Shown here in pieces: positions 42,346 to 56,629 of a stretch of DNA of 64,000 nt (its first letter is position 1; each line of letters begins with the position of its first letter). The stretch lies in assembly GCA_951406725.2 (NCBI GenBank), contig OX597816.1, forward strand, positions 137,888,001 through 137,952,000, written 5' to 3'. The notes under the pieces were generated by a model, which worked only from the letters and a program-made list of their open reading frames with translations, was not told the DNA's origin and did not search any database. A program made the position numbers and the translations under genes. This DNA comes from Octopus vulgaris (taxonomy: Eukaryota).

Positions 42346-42967
42346 AGAATTCCGATGCTCTACCGAGTGAACTTGGCCACAAGATTCCATAGACATACAA
42401 TATAAAACAGTAAGGGCTGCAAAATGTATGAGATGTACCTAAATTTAAATAGGTTTGGGGGTAAAATATATAATAGAAATTTAACATTTGGCCAAGGAAA
42501 CAGTATCTATTGAAAAATAAAAGCAATGTTCCCTTCACAGAAGAGAAAATCACTGAATGCTTTAATTTCCGGTCAATTTCTACAGTAACGGGAGATATAG
42601 CAGGGAGAAAAACTGGTGTTTTTGTCAGCTGTATTGGAAAAGTTAATGATTGTAATTCAGGTGAATTACCTTCTTTTGGGTGTGTGTGAATGTGTGCGTG
42701 CATGTGTGTGTGTGTGTATGGAGGGGGGTTGTGTATGTGTGAGAGTAAGAACTATGTTGCTCAGATGTGTTAGCAGCTCTCTCATATATTCCATAGCTGG
42801 ACATCGGTTAGGAGAGGACTATTGTCTGATCAGGGAAGAAAGACAATCGAAATAATATTTTAGTCTTAGAGACATTGTAATTTCAATAACTAAAACGGAA
42901 TGGTCATACTTAGAACTCATTCCCTCATAAGGATTCTCGATCAAGACAAAATAAGGTCGAAACTCTA

Positions 42968-43128
42968 CATTTATTTACATTATTTACATTCGACGGATAT
43001 TTGCCCTCATCTTGTTTGTTGTTAGCAAAGCGTTTCGGTTGGTATACCCTCCAGCCTTCTTCAGATGCCTTCGGAAAATTTCGAACCTGGGTTCTTATTC
43101 CTAAGGTATTTTTCGATGTTTTAATAAC

Positions 43129-43199
<71 letters not shown>

Positions 43200-44493
43200 T
43201 GATAATAATAATAATAATAATAAGCTTACAAAACAACCACAATTGGACTGGCCAAATATCTCGAGCTTACAAAACAACCACAATTGGACTGGCCAAATAT
43301 CTCGAAATATCGAATGACTGGATGCTAAAGCTCGTGGAAAATCACGAGAGACGAAAGAAGCTTCATTCTATCATCAAGGAAAGCAAAAAATTTGCTATTG
43401 ATCTCGTGCAGGATACCCAAACTGAACAACCCGAGGGAAGTACGGCAACTATTGTTGCAAAGAAGGTGAAAATGATGGCAATGAAAAAAGCGCACGAGCA
43501 ATTGGCTGATAGGTGGGAGGAGAAACCTCTGCACGGCAAATATGTGACCCGCAGCAAACAAGCTGATGTTGACCAGAAGCAAACCCATCAGTGGCTGCGG
43601 AGCTCAGGGCTAAAAGCAGAGAGCGAAGGTTTCATCCTGGCTGCTCAAGACCAAAGCCTATTAACCCGGAACTACCAGGCCAATGTGATGAAAAATGGAG
43701 CAGACCCAAAATGCCGATTCTGCAACGACATGATTGAAACAGTGGACCACCTAATCTCTGGATGTAAAGTCTTAGCACCAGTGGAGTATAAATTAAGACA
43801 TGACAGAGTTGGCCAATATCTCCACTGGCTAATAAGTCGGCATTACAATATCAAAACTGCCGACAAGTGGTATAATCACCACCCTGAGGCTGTAACTGAA
43901 GGAGAAAATGTAACCATTCTGTGGGACTTTCCAGTACATACATACCGAACCATCAAGGCCAATAAACCAGATATTGTTGTGAAAGACCAAAACAATAAAG
44001 TTTGCTTATTGATCGACATGAGCATCCCCTGTGATCATAATATCTCAGCGAAAGAGTTTGACAAGCTCAGAAAATATAAAGACCTACTCATTGAAATTGA
44101 GAAAATGTGGCATCTCGAGGCGGTTACAATACCAGTGATCGTAGGAGCACTAGGAATGATCAAGAAGGGAACCGAAAATTATATGAGAATGATCCCTGGC
44201 TTACCATCCCTGCAAGAAGTGCAAAAGATTGTCTTAACTGGTACATCACACGTATTGAGAAGAGCATTGTCGATGTGAGAACTGTTGCTGCTCATGTATT
44301 TTAATTTAACTTTTAAAAAAAAAAAAATGAACGAACTACTGAGTTTGGTTTAATGGCCTACCAATATACACTATGAGTTTCTTTGCCCTAGGAGTCGGGA
44401 AGATACTCGGCAAGAAATGGAAGAAAATTTGAAAGAAGAAAAAAAAAAAGTAATAATAATAATAATAATAATAATTGTAATAATAATAATAAT

Positions 44494-44532
<39 letters not shown>

Positions 44533-44563
44533 AATAATAATAATAATAATAATATTAATAATG

Positions 44564-44652
<89 letters not shown>

Positions 44653-44830
44653 AAGAAGAAGAACAACAACAACAACAACATCGAAAAATACCTTAGGAAT
44701 GAGAACACTGGTTCGAAATTTCCCCAAGACACCTGAAGGAGGCTGGAGGATATATCAGCTGAAATGTTGTGTTAACAACAAACAAGATGAGGACAAATAT
44801 CCGTCAAATGTAAATAATGTAAATAATGTA
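42968..44830. repeat. ~153 bp inverted repeats (42968-43120, 44677-44830), each with a decayed hammerhead
   Basis: The arms are reverse complements. Their merged consensus is ACAC-CUGAAGA-a[GGCUG..CAGCC]-GAAAC-GUU-GUGU. Confidence 0.8.
43223..44450 (+). mobile_element. 5'-truncated Dong/R4-type RLE LINE with intact C-terminal ORF
   Basis: KPLHGKY, AAQDQ, CRFC..ETVDHLISGC, RHD, KPDI..IDMSIP and KYKDL. There is a 41 bp tandem duplication at the 5' junction and (AAT)n flanks. Confidence 0.93.
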
Positions 44831-44944
44831 CACATTTCCTCATCTCTTAAATATAGAACTGAAACTTTACAAATTAAACATTTTCCCCCACATTTTACTA
44901 TAGTTGAAACAGAGATTTAGCTAAATATCAAATGCACTATATCG

Positions 44945-46380
44945 GTTTCAAATTTTGGCACAAGGCCAGCAGGTTTAGGAGGAGGAGGAAAATCAATTAC
45001 ATCGACCCCAGTGCTCAACTTGTAAATATTTTATCGACCTCGAAAGGATAAAAGGCAAAATCGTCCTCGACGGAATTTGAACTCAGAACGTATAGACGAA
45101 CGAAATGCCGCTGAGAATTTTCCCTGACGTGTTAACGATTCTATCAGCTCGCCGCCTTACGTTATTTTTCATATTGGTTTCACATTTTGGCACAAGATCA
45201 ACAATTCTGGGGGAGGAGATAAATCTGCTACATCGACCCCAGTGCTCGACTGGTACTTATTTTATCGACCCCGGAAAGATGAAAGGCAAAATCGAATTTG
45301 AACCCAGAATGGATGAAATGCCGTTAAGCACTTTTGCCCGGCGTGCCAACGGTTCTGCCAGCTTTCCGCCTTGCGTTATCTTTTATATTAACAAATTTTT
45401 AATGTTTACCATAACACACACACACACACACACAAGAAAAAAATAGAATAGTGTGTTAATAATCCACATAACGTTTTTAATTACTATGATATTGTATTGA
45501 AAAGCGAGCTGGAGAGCTAAGAGGTGAATTGACATTAAAAAATGACTTGCAAACACCTTTCCAATTCTTAGTCTGAGAGTCGATTTTTCTTGAGAGTCTG
45601 TAATATTTTACAGCTATATTATTTTCTAACTCAGATAAAAAAGATTAGGAGTCTCGAAGGATGAAAGGCAAAGTCGACCCCAGCGGAATTTGAAGTCAGA
45701 ACAAAGACTGATGAAATGCCGTTAAACACTTTGCACGGTGCGCTAACGATTCTTTTCTACTTTAGGCACAAAGCCCGAAATTTAGATCGACCTCAGTACG
45801 CAACTGGTACTTAATTTATCGACCCCGGTGGAATTTGAATTCAGAACGTAAAGACAGACGAAATACCTATTTCTTTATTACCCACAAGGGGCTAAACATA
45901 GAGAGGACAAACAAGGACAGACAAACGGATTAAGTCGATTATATCGACTCCAGTGCGTAACTGGTACTTATTTAATCGACCTCGAAAAGATGAAAGGCAA
46001 AGTCGACCTCGGCGGAATTTGAACTCAGAACGTGGCGGCAGACGAAATACTGCTAAGCATTTCGCCCGGTGCGCTAACGTTTCTGCCAGCTTGCCGCCTT
46101 CTGCCAGCTTGCCTCTAAGCATTTCGTCCGATGTTTCTAATGTTTCTACCAGCTATCCGCTGTAGGCAGGTAGAAATAATATTGATTTTAGATTTTGGCA
46201 GAAGTCGGTAAGTCGATTACATCGACCCCAGTGGTCAATTCGTTTTTATTTTATCGAGTACGAAAGGATAAAAGACGAAGTCGAATTCGGCGGCATTTGA
46301 ACTTAGAACGTAAAGGCGGATGAAATACCGCCGAGCAATTTGCTCGGCGCGCTAACGATTCTGCCAGCTCACCCCCTTAG
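44945..46380 (-). mobile_element. head-to-tail cluster of ~6-7 SINE family B copies and fragments
   Basis: Recurrent AAAGGCAAAGTCGAC..GAATTTGAACTCAGAACG..AACGATTCTGCCAGC. Confidence 0.82.
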
Positions 46381-46896
46381 AGCGGTAAGAATAATATTCT
46401 TTCCAATACAACAGTTTCTGGCATGAGGGATGTAAAAATAATAACAGTAAAACATTGTACGAAAATATATTTACTCAGGATTGTTACGTGTTTTAACTAA
46501 CTCCAGAGAGATGAAAAATGAGATCGACCGGTCAACATTTGAACTGAAACTGTAAAGTTATAAAACCTATAACACTGAATCATTTTGCACGCTGCTTTAC
46601 GCCGACATTTGACAATATAGCAACATATTACAACGACAGGGAAAGAAAATATAGAGGAATTGGAAAGGGGCTAGGAAAGAGAGGAGAGAAACAAGGAAAG
46701 AGAGAATGTGTACATGGCATATACAGAGAGTGCATGAGGGTGTATGTGTAATGTTTTTATGAGTGTGTGTGTGCGTGTGCGTATGTGTGTGAGAGAGAGA
46801 GAGGGGGAGAAAGAAGGGAATTTTGTCTTTGAGGGAAAGAAAGTAAGCGACACAGAAACAGAATTTGACCATTAGAGTAAGAATTGTATGTGTGTA

Positions 46897-46932
<36 letters not shown>

Positions 46933-46939
46933 GAGGAAA

Positions 46940-47245
46940 AGGGGGAGAAAGGACAGAGAGAGAAAGGGAGAGAGAGGAAAAGAGAGAAGACAGAGAGGGA
47001 AAGGGAAAGAGAGAGGAAAAGAGAGAGTACAGGGAGGGAAAGGGAGAGAGAGAAAGAGAGAGGACAGAGAGGGAAAGGGAAAGAGAGGAAAAGAGAGAGG
47101 ACAGAGAGGGAAAGGGAGAGAGAGGAAAATAGAGGACAGAGAGGGAAAGGGAGAGAGAGGACAGAGAGAAAGGGAAAGAAAGGAAAAAAGAGAGGACAGA
47201 GAGGGAAAGGGAGAGAGAGGAAAAGAGAGAGGATAGAGAGGGAAA
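46940..47245. repeat. polypurine minisatellite (~35 bp units)
   Basis: GAGAGGACAGAGAGGGAAAGGGAGAGAGAGGAAAA variants in tandem. Confidence 0.85.
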
Positions 47246-47372
47246 CAGAGAGAGAAGAAAAGAGAGAGGAAGTGAGAGAGAGTGTGAGTGTGTGATGGCT
47301 ATCACCAAGACCGTATGATGTTTCTCTGAATATGTATAGAAAGAAGAGCGTGCTGCATAGGATGAGAGAGGA

Positions 47373-47427
<55 letters not shown>

Positions 47428-47614
47428 GAAGGGGAAAGAGAAAGTCTGACAGAAACAGGCAGATAGACAGGCAAACAGCCGGACCGTAACAGAAATAGTG
47501 CGTGTGTGCGTGCGCGCGCACGAATGCGTTTGCAATATGAAAGTCTGAGTGTGAGTGATGGTGAAATGTTTTATTGGGATGTAAGCGCGTACATCTATGT
47601 GTGAATATATAAAC

Positions 47615-47653
<39 letters not shown>

Positions 47654-48083
47654 ATTGAGTGAGTGTGTGTGTGCTTGTGTGTGTGTGTGTGTGTGTGCAT
47701 GTGTGTGCATGTGTGTGAGTGAGTGAGTTATGCGCGTGTGTATGTATGAATAAATAGGGAGAGAGAGAGAGAGAGAGAGAGAAGGAGAGAGGGAGAGAGA
47801 GAGAAAGTGGGAGACAGCATTTGAGTGTTCAGCTTGTATGTAGGTATTACGAGTGTGTGTGTGTGTATGTGTGTGTGTATGTGTATGTGTGTGTGTGTAT
47901 GTGTGTGTATGTGTGTGTGTGTGTGTTTGTGTGCGTGTATCGCAGAGAGAATAAGATAAGCGTCAACGTATCTGTATGTATGTATGTATACATGCATATA
48001 TATGTATGTATGCATATATATATATATATATACATATGTATGTATATATACACCCATACACACACACACACACGGACACACAC

Positions 48084-48145
<62 letters not shown>

Positions 48146-48569
48146 CGTATATTGTATTATATATTATATATATTGTGTGTCTATGAACGAATAGAAGTAA
48201 AAGAGTGATAGAAGAAAAGTATGGGAGGAGAGAAGTGCCAGAATGATTCCTAAACGAGAGGAATGATGTGTGTGTGAAAAGAAAAAGAATGAAAGCATGC
48301 TGGGAGCGGAAGTAAGAAGGAGTGAGTCTGTCCGGTTTGTTCGATTTGATTGTTGCTCAATGTTGTGTAGCTTGTGTGGCAGACGATAAGTGATCGGGAG
48401 CCATTTGTAAGGATGTGGCATATAAAAGATATGTCATTCGCCATCCCATTGACTGTTGGCCGTTAGGGAAAGGTTTCTTACTGAGATGATGACAGATCAT
48501 TCTCACCTGTCATCGTGAGAAGAATGGCCGACGTTAACATTGAATAGCTTCTGACCAGCGTCATACGCA

Positions 48570-48606
<37 letters not shown>

Positions 48607-49050
48607 ATACACACCCACGCACAAATACACAAGCACACGTACATACAAACGCAATTTCTTCCAACATATCATTCCATCTCACTCGTGTACCCGCTCTCTC
48701 AGTTTCTTTTCGTTTTTCTCTCTCTCTCTCTCTCTCTACCCTTCCCACTCATTCTTTATCTCTGTTTCATTTCCTGTCTTCTGCTCAGCCTCTTTCATTT
48801 TCTAATTCTTTTTCTTTCTTTCTTTCACTTATTGAGTCCTCCCATTTTACTATTCCACTTCTGAAGTGTTTTTTCTTTGTCTTTTGTTTTATTGTTTTAT
48901 TTATTTTACTTTTCTTTAACTCTTCTTTCTTGTATTTGACATTTTTTTTGTTTGTGTTTTGTTTCGTTGATATACGAACCTTTCCCTTTCTGTCTGTCTG
49001 TTACCTTTGTCTTTCTCTCTTTCACATAGTTTCTTATCCTTTCTTTCTCA

Positions 49051-49131
<81 letters not shown>

Positions 49132-49212
49132 GCTATCTATCAATCAATCTATCTATCAGCGTCTGTGTGTCTGTCAGTCTATGTATCTATCTGTCTTTTG
49201 TCTGTCTGTCTA

Positions 49213-49326
<114 letters not shown>

Positions 49327-49409
49327 ATCTATATCTATATATATATATATATACCTTCATATCTATTTGTCTGTCTGTCTGTCTGCCTGTCTATCTATCT
49401 ATCTGTCTA

Positions 49410-49547
<138 letters not shown>

Positions 49548-49656
49548 TACATGCACACATTCACATCTCCCTCTGTATTTCTCCTCTCTTCCACTTTCCA
49601 ACTCCCTATCAGTACCATCCATCGTATTTTTTCTCAGGTTTATTTTTTCTCTCTTA

Positions 49657-49688
<32 letters not shown>

Positions 49689-50089
49689 TACATACACACA
49701 CACTCTCTTTTTCCTCAAACAATGTCCTTCCTCCCCCTCTCTTTCTCCCACCCACTCTTTCGGACACTCCCTCGCTTTTTTCTTAGTCAATGTCCTTTCT
49801 TCTCTCTCTCTCTTTCTCTCTCTCACCAACTCACTGTCTTTCATTTACTCAATATTCATAGTCATTTTCACCTTACACTGTATGTGCTCTATCCCCTCCT
49901 TTTGTTCCTCTTCCATTTTTCTCTAATTTTCTAACTCTCACTTGTCCTATTTTTTCTCTTTCGCTTGTCCTCTCTATTTGTCTCTTCAATTACCAGTTTC
50001 ATTGAAAAGTATTCCACCCTCTCTGTCTGTCTGTCCGTCTCTCTCTCTCTCAATCCCATTATCACCACCACCATTACGGCATCAGTAAC

Positions 50090-50301
50090 GCCACTACCAC
50101 CATCTCCCCACCACAAACCAGCGCCGCCGCCACCACCAACACAACCAACATGATCATCATCTTCAGCAGCAGCAGCAGCAGTAGCAACACCAACACCATA
50201 CCCATGACCCAACGCCACCACCACCATCTCCCCACCACAAACCACCGCCGCTGCCACCATCAACACAACCAACATGATCATCATCATCAGCAGCAGCAGC
50301 A
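50090..50301. repeat. tandem duplication (~123 bp period) within CAC/CAG low-complexity DNA
   Basis: CCACCATCTCCCCACCACAAACCA..ACAACCAACATGATCATCATC..CAGCAG occurs twice. Confidence 0.75.
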
Positions 50302-50869
50302 GTTGCACCACCACCAAAACCATCGCCATCACCCAACATCACCACCACCAACAACAACAGCAACAACACCAGCACCAGCATTAACCCTACTACCAGCACT
50401 ACCACCATCGCCACCACTGCCATCGTCACCGTCACCACCACCACCACCACTATCACGACTACCACAATCAAAAACAACAACAACAGCAGCACCACCACCA
50501 CTATTACCATCGCTACCACCGCCACATTCTTTGTCAGATATATCACTCCATTTCCATTCTTTACACACTCATTCGTTCATTCATCTATTCTCAAAAACTT
50601 CACACTATCGCTCATCCACATCACTATCTAATATTTTTTACTCCTATGTCAGACAGGACCAAAGGGAAAGACCTCAGAGACGTGGCTATTGATTTCAGAA
50701 ATCAATCCGCCATTACAATAATGGTGTCCCTTCAGCACCAAGTGACCTGCTTGTCAACGGCATTCTTTGTACATTATATATAATGCTTCCGCCTGACTGT
50801 CCGTCTATCGCCATGTCTGTCTGTCTGTCTATGTATGCGTGTATGTGTGTATATATGTATGAATGTGTA

Positions 50870-50936
<67 letters not shown>

Positions 50937-50987
50937 GTACGTACGTATGAATGCTTGTATGTATGTATGCATATATGTATGTATGTA

Positions 50988-51151
50988 TAGGCGCAGGAGT
51001 GGCTGTGTGGTAAGTAGCTTGCTTACCAACCACATGGTTCCGGCTTCAGTCCCACTGCGTGGCACCTTTGGTAAGTGTCTTCTACTATAGCCTCGAGCCG
51101 ACCATAGCCTTGTGAGTGGATTTGGTAGACGGAAATTGAAAGGAGCCCGTC

Positions 51152-51220
<69 letters not shown>

Positions 51221-51400
51221 TGTGTCTGTGTATCTGTGTTTGTCCTCCAACATCGCTTGACAACCGATGCTGGTGTGTTTAAGTCCCCGTAACTTAGCGG
51301 TTCGACAAAAGAATAAATTCTGGGGTCGATTTGCTCGACTAAAGGCGGTGCTCCGGCATGGCCGCAGTCAAATGACTGAAACAAGTAAGAGTAAAAGAGT
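50988..51400 (+). mobile_element. SINE family A, near full-length
   Basis: Runs from head GGCGCAGGAGTGGCTGTGTGGTAAG to tail GGCGGTGCTCCGGCATGGCCGCAGTCAAATGACTGAAAC. Confidence 0.88.
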
Positions 51401-51842
51401 ATATATGTATGCTGTATATGCGCATGTATGTATGCATTTATGTCATTCAGTTTTATTTCAAGATTTCTTGCCAATAGAGAAAAAGCCGGTTTCTAACCTA
51501 GATCCAAGGCTCCTTCGCTGGAACTTCAAGATCAACAACAGGGTATTTTTGTTTGTATGTATGTATATGTGCAGATTTGTATGTATTCTCATGGATATAG
51601 TTGCATATTTAAAAATGCTTAAATAATAAACTTCTGGAAAGTTTTGCAGATTCTTACAATTCTTGTGATGGCTTTGATCTGAAGTTTTCGAATCAACTTT
51701 CCCCTTTCTGGTTTTGAGAATCATGTATGTATGTATGTATGTATGTATGTATGCATGTATTTGTGTATGTATATGCTTGTGTGTACGTATGTATATCTTT
51801 CATCTTTCATCTTTTACTTGTTTCAGTCATTGGAAGGCGGCC

Positions 51843-51935
<93 letters not shown>

Positions 51936-52058
51936 AAGTGAGAGAGAGAGAGAGTGAATGAGAGAGAGAGAGTCATCATATAAATGATGCGGTATTTTCA
52001 ACTGCATGAACTAGAAGTTGGAGGGGTACAAGATAAACTACCTGCATCAACTTGCATA

Positions 52059-52118
<60 letters not shown>

Positions 52119-52139
52119 GTATGTATGTATGTATGTATG

Positions 52140-52997
52140 TGGGTCACATATCGATACCACCTTAAACATCTGGAACGTTTCCATCAGATGTGCCTCAGAT
52201 GGATCTATAGCATTAAGTGGAATGACCGCATCAGTGATCTTGAAATACTCGAAGGCTCTCGGTGTGAAAGTATAGAAGCTCTTGTGTTAAAGCAAAGGCT
52301 CAGATGGAGTGGTCATCTGGTCAGAATGAAGGATTCAAAGATGCCAAAACAACTCTTTTATGGAGAGTTAGCTAAAGGAGAACGACCTCCACATAAACCA
52401 AAAAAGAGGTATAAGGACTTGCTGAAGGCTTCCTTAAGAGAGGCTTGCATCTCTCCTGACACATGGGAAGGCATAGCTATTGATCGTAGCAGGTAGAGAA
52501 GGATTGTGCATGAGGGGACAGCCACGTTTGAGAAATCTCGAGTTGCACATGAGAAAGTAAGGAGGGATGTCAGGAAGGGCATCGCTGTTACACTTCCAGA
52601 AGGGAAGGGTCTTCCCTTGATTCTGACATGCAATGTCTGTGCAAGACCCTGCCTCAGTAAAGCTGGACTCATGAGTCATCTTCGTAGTCATAAAACGAGA
52701 CAGATGAGTGACAACCTGGCCACTGGTGGTGGTGTAACACACCAGACTAATCATATCTCTCGAGCATGTGGAAGAGAGTGTTATTCGGCAGGAGGACTTG
52801 AACGACATGCAAAGGTACATGAAGCCCAGTTACAACTACAGCCGGCTATTACCAGTAAATGTCTTAGTTGCCAATTTTGTACAAGACATTGTAGATATTT
52901 AGCTGGGCTAAAAAGTCACATTCGATCACAGCACCAGTAACAGTTAAGCTTCGTGCAATGGCCATACTCGATAATGAGGGGGCAGCCATAAATAAAA
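52140..52997 (+). mobile_element. 5'-truncated RTE-clade LINE with three C-terminal C2H2-like fingers
   Basis: LERFHQMCLR, RLRWSGHLVRM and PKQLFYGEL, one in-frame stop at 52494, then CNVC..HLRSH, CGREC..HAKVH and CQFC..HIRSQH. It sits in (GTAT)n. Confidence 0.9.
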
Positions 52998-53238
52998 TGT
53001 ATGTATGTATGTATGTATGTATGTATGTATGTATGTATATGTATAATGGTTGTCTACTCCTTATGCAAGTTGATGCAGGTAGTTTATCCCGTACCCCCCC
53101 CCCCCCGACTTCTAGTTCATGCAGTTGAAAAGGCATTTGAAAGATACACATAAATGTAATTTGTAAAACTTTATACATGCTGGATTTTGGTCGAGCCTTC
53201 TGTATCTAGTTCTGGAAATTATGTTTTGTAACGACAGA

Positions 53239-53303
53239 CTATGCTGATGATCTTACGTATCCATATACGTAAATATTAACAAGTGAAACTAATTAGTACA
53301 TAG
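53239..53303 (+). ncRNA. type I hammerhead ribozyme motif, GUA site
   Basis: CUAUG-CUGAUGA-u[CUU..AAG]u-GAAA-C UAAUUA GUA-CAUAG. Stem III (ACUAAUUAGU) is a perfect palindrome, and loop 2 contains the hairpin UUACGUAU/AUACGUAA. Confidence 0.78.
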
Positions 53304-53582
53304 GTATTCGTTTTTTATTTCGTATATTTTCATTTGTCTTGCTTATTTTTACACTTTAGTTTTTTGGTGAATATTTTTTGAGAATACATTCTTCGTGGAA
53401 AATGGCGATTTTGACGTCTATATCTAACATACTGACTGTCTATTTTTAGTGATCAGTCCTCTAAATTTTGTATGTAAAAAATTTTAATCTTCGGATTTAT
53501 TTAAAATATGCTAGGCCCCTGGTTTTAATTGATTAATAACAATTTCTAGCCTTATTTAATTATATATATATATATATATATC

Positions 53583-53760
<178 letters not shown>

Positions 53761-54097
53761 TATATGGGATAATTACAATGCTGGCCAGCGCCTCATTAGC
53801 ACATCATGCAGTGCTTTGACTTGCGTAGTTCTCCAAAATTAAAAGATCAATTGATATTAAAGGGACCACAACACAGCCCCAACGTAAGATCCAGCGGATA
53901 TATTTTGACTAGCAGAGTTTTCTTTGAATGGGGGTATCGACTGTGCCTACAAATCATGATATCCAAGGAAGTGAGTGGACTATACGACTATTTCACATTT
54001 CCACATGTTGTGGCATGTATTTCATAGCATTGTATAAATTGCATAACATGTTATGAGATACTAATAAATGCTGTCGTCCGTTTCCAGACACACACGT

Positions 54098-54631
54098 ATC
54101 AGTCATTTAGTTTGGTTTCTCAAAGTCCTTTTGTCAGTATTCGTGACCTTATCAATGACATGCCCTCTCTATTCCAGTTCTGCATCGGATTTGTCATTGA
54201 TTTAGTTACGAATAGCAACGAAAGGACAGGTCCGTAACAGGATTGCTTCCTTTTCCCAGCTGAGTGAACTGGAGCAGTGTAAAGTGAAGTGTTTTGCTCA
54301 AGAGCAAAACGTATCGCCCAGTTCAGGTATCGAAACCACACTCTTACTGTCATAAGTTCAACGCCCTTACCACTAAGCCACGCATCTCCACGTACCATCT
54401 GTGATGTCTATCAATAGTTACATCATCAATAGTACCTGTACAACTTGTAGCGGTCATGAATAGTTATACCATTTCTAACAACTTCCATGAACGATTACAT
54501 CATTTGAAGTACCGACTCATTTTTTCCATCCTTCTCCTGCTCCTTTCTTCCTCTTCCACCTCCACTTCTTTCTCCTTCTCCTCCTCCTCTTCCTCCTCTT
54601 CCTCTTCCTCCTCCTCCTCCTCCTCCTCCTC

Positions 54632-54688
<57 letters not shown>

Positions 54689-55426
54689 ATGATGATGATG
54701 ATGACGATGATGATGATACTATCACTACTAGTCCTATCGCCGCCGTCGCTACTTCTACTGCTGTTACTACTACTACTTGAAACATTTGTATTACTCTTAC
54801 CAATAGGTACCAAACACACATGCAGACACACACACACACACACACACACACTCTCTCTCTCTCTCTCACACACACACATACACACATACACACACACTCA
54901 CACGCACAAGTAGACACGTAGGAAATAAATTATTTGCATATACAGCGAAACTTTTTATGTAAAACTCTGGTAAATTATTCATTAAAGAGGAATAAACATC
55001 ATGTTCAGAGCAATAATGTAACCATATAGAAAGGCCGATTATACGACATAACTTTAGAATAGGGACAGCTAAAATGTATTAAAATAGATGCATAGTTTTT
55101 CTGAATAAGAATTTAGGAACTTTGAGAGAATGTGAAATAATTGGTTTTACGGCAGATTTTGAAGTAGATAAAGAGTGTAAATAATATGTTAATACTGGGT
55201 TATAAACCTTTTGAATAGAAATTGTATCTTTATCGATTTCAGAGTTCAGCGTTAAAAACGAATTGTTTCACGTAATTCCTGTTTTCGTTTTTGGTTTGCA
55301 AGATTCTTGATAACGGGAGGGTCATTATGTCAATAATACGCACACACACTGATTCCATTTCACTTCTTTTATCATTATCATTAGTGGATTATTTAATATT
55401 TAAACAAGTATCTAATCGATTGTCTG

Positions 55427-55481
<55 letters not shown>

Positions 55482-55796
55482 ATAAATACATATATGTATA
55501 TGTATATGCACATATATATATATACACAGAGACACAAGTATGTATGTACATATATATATATATTATATGTACACATACATACATACGTACATGCATACAT
55601 CGCCTAAATTTTCTATGTATATATGCATATGAGTTCGGCCAGTCAATTAATCAATCAATCAATCGATCAATCAGTCATTTAGTTTGGTTTCTCAAAGTCC
55701 TTTTGTCAGTATTCGTGGCCTCATCAATGACATGCCCTCTCTATTCCAGTTCTGCATCGGATTTGTCATTGATTTAATTACGAATAGCAACGAAAG
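54098..55796 (+). repeat. ~128 bp direct duplication (54098-54225, 55670-55796)
   Basis: Near-identical ATCAGTCATTTAGTTTGG..GCAACGAAAGG at both sites. Confidence 0.88.
54230..54388 (-). mobile_element. SINE family C head and body
   Basis: CAGCTGAGTGAACTGGAGCA..TTGCTCAAG..ACCACTAAGCCACGC. Confidence 0.7.
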
Positions 55797-56234
55797 GGTT
55801 TTAACAAGTCTAGCAGACTGATTGAATGACCGAACGATAAATCAAACAATGGTTTAATTAATTTGGTTAAATATTAATTAATTGACTAATAATCATAATG
55901 GAAGTTCAATAGAACCAATGCGCGTGTTTGTTATTGGTATGATGACCCTCCCGAAAAGAAATACATAAAAATTCTAAAATTTTTTTCCCAATGCATTTGC
56001 ATTCCTAATGGAAACAATTTTATACACACATGCATACACGTGGAAGTGGGGTTAGTGGACAACAGCGGTAGTCGTAAGAGAAATATCTTTTTTATTTTAT
56101 ATGCGCCAGTGAGGTTGGAAGGCAAAACCGGAATTTAACGAATACACTCGAGATATCACGAGTACTTTTCAGCACGGAAATATTTTAGAGACTAAAAATA
56201 TGCCTAACATTTAAAATTAAATGCATGTAGAATA

Positions 56235-56435
56235 TTGGTTTGAAAATTTAGCACAAGACCAGCAAGTTAGAGGGAGGGGTAAAGTCACTTATATCGACCA
56301 TAGTGATCGACTGATACTTATTTTGTCGATTCCGAAAGGGTGAAAGATGAAATCGACGGAATTTGAACGCAAAACAAAGACTGACGAAATACCGCTAAGC
56401 ATTTTGTCCGTAACAAGTATGCCAGTTTGTCACCT
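56235..56435 (-). mobile_element. SINE family B, diverged
   Basis: Similar to the 44945 cluster units. Confidence 0.68.
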
Positions 56436-56629
56436 TAAATGCATGTATAATATTATCTATAGAAATAAATATAATGGGAATATTTCTATGTGCAAAGCTG
56501 TTGTAGGGAAGTCAATAAGGATGAACAGATTCCAGATTTAGAAGGATAATATAATAATATGCAATGCAAAAATCACTTGGTCCATGTTGGTGAACATACA
56601 CGTGTTTCCAGTTTTCCGGCTTATCCTTT

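Noticed and set aside
43001-43222. N-terminal extension of the 425 aa ORF
   Set aside because: It is read-through of an inverted-repeat arm and (AAT)n. LINE homology starts at ~43223.
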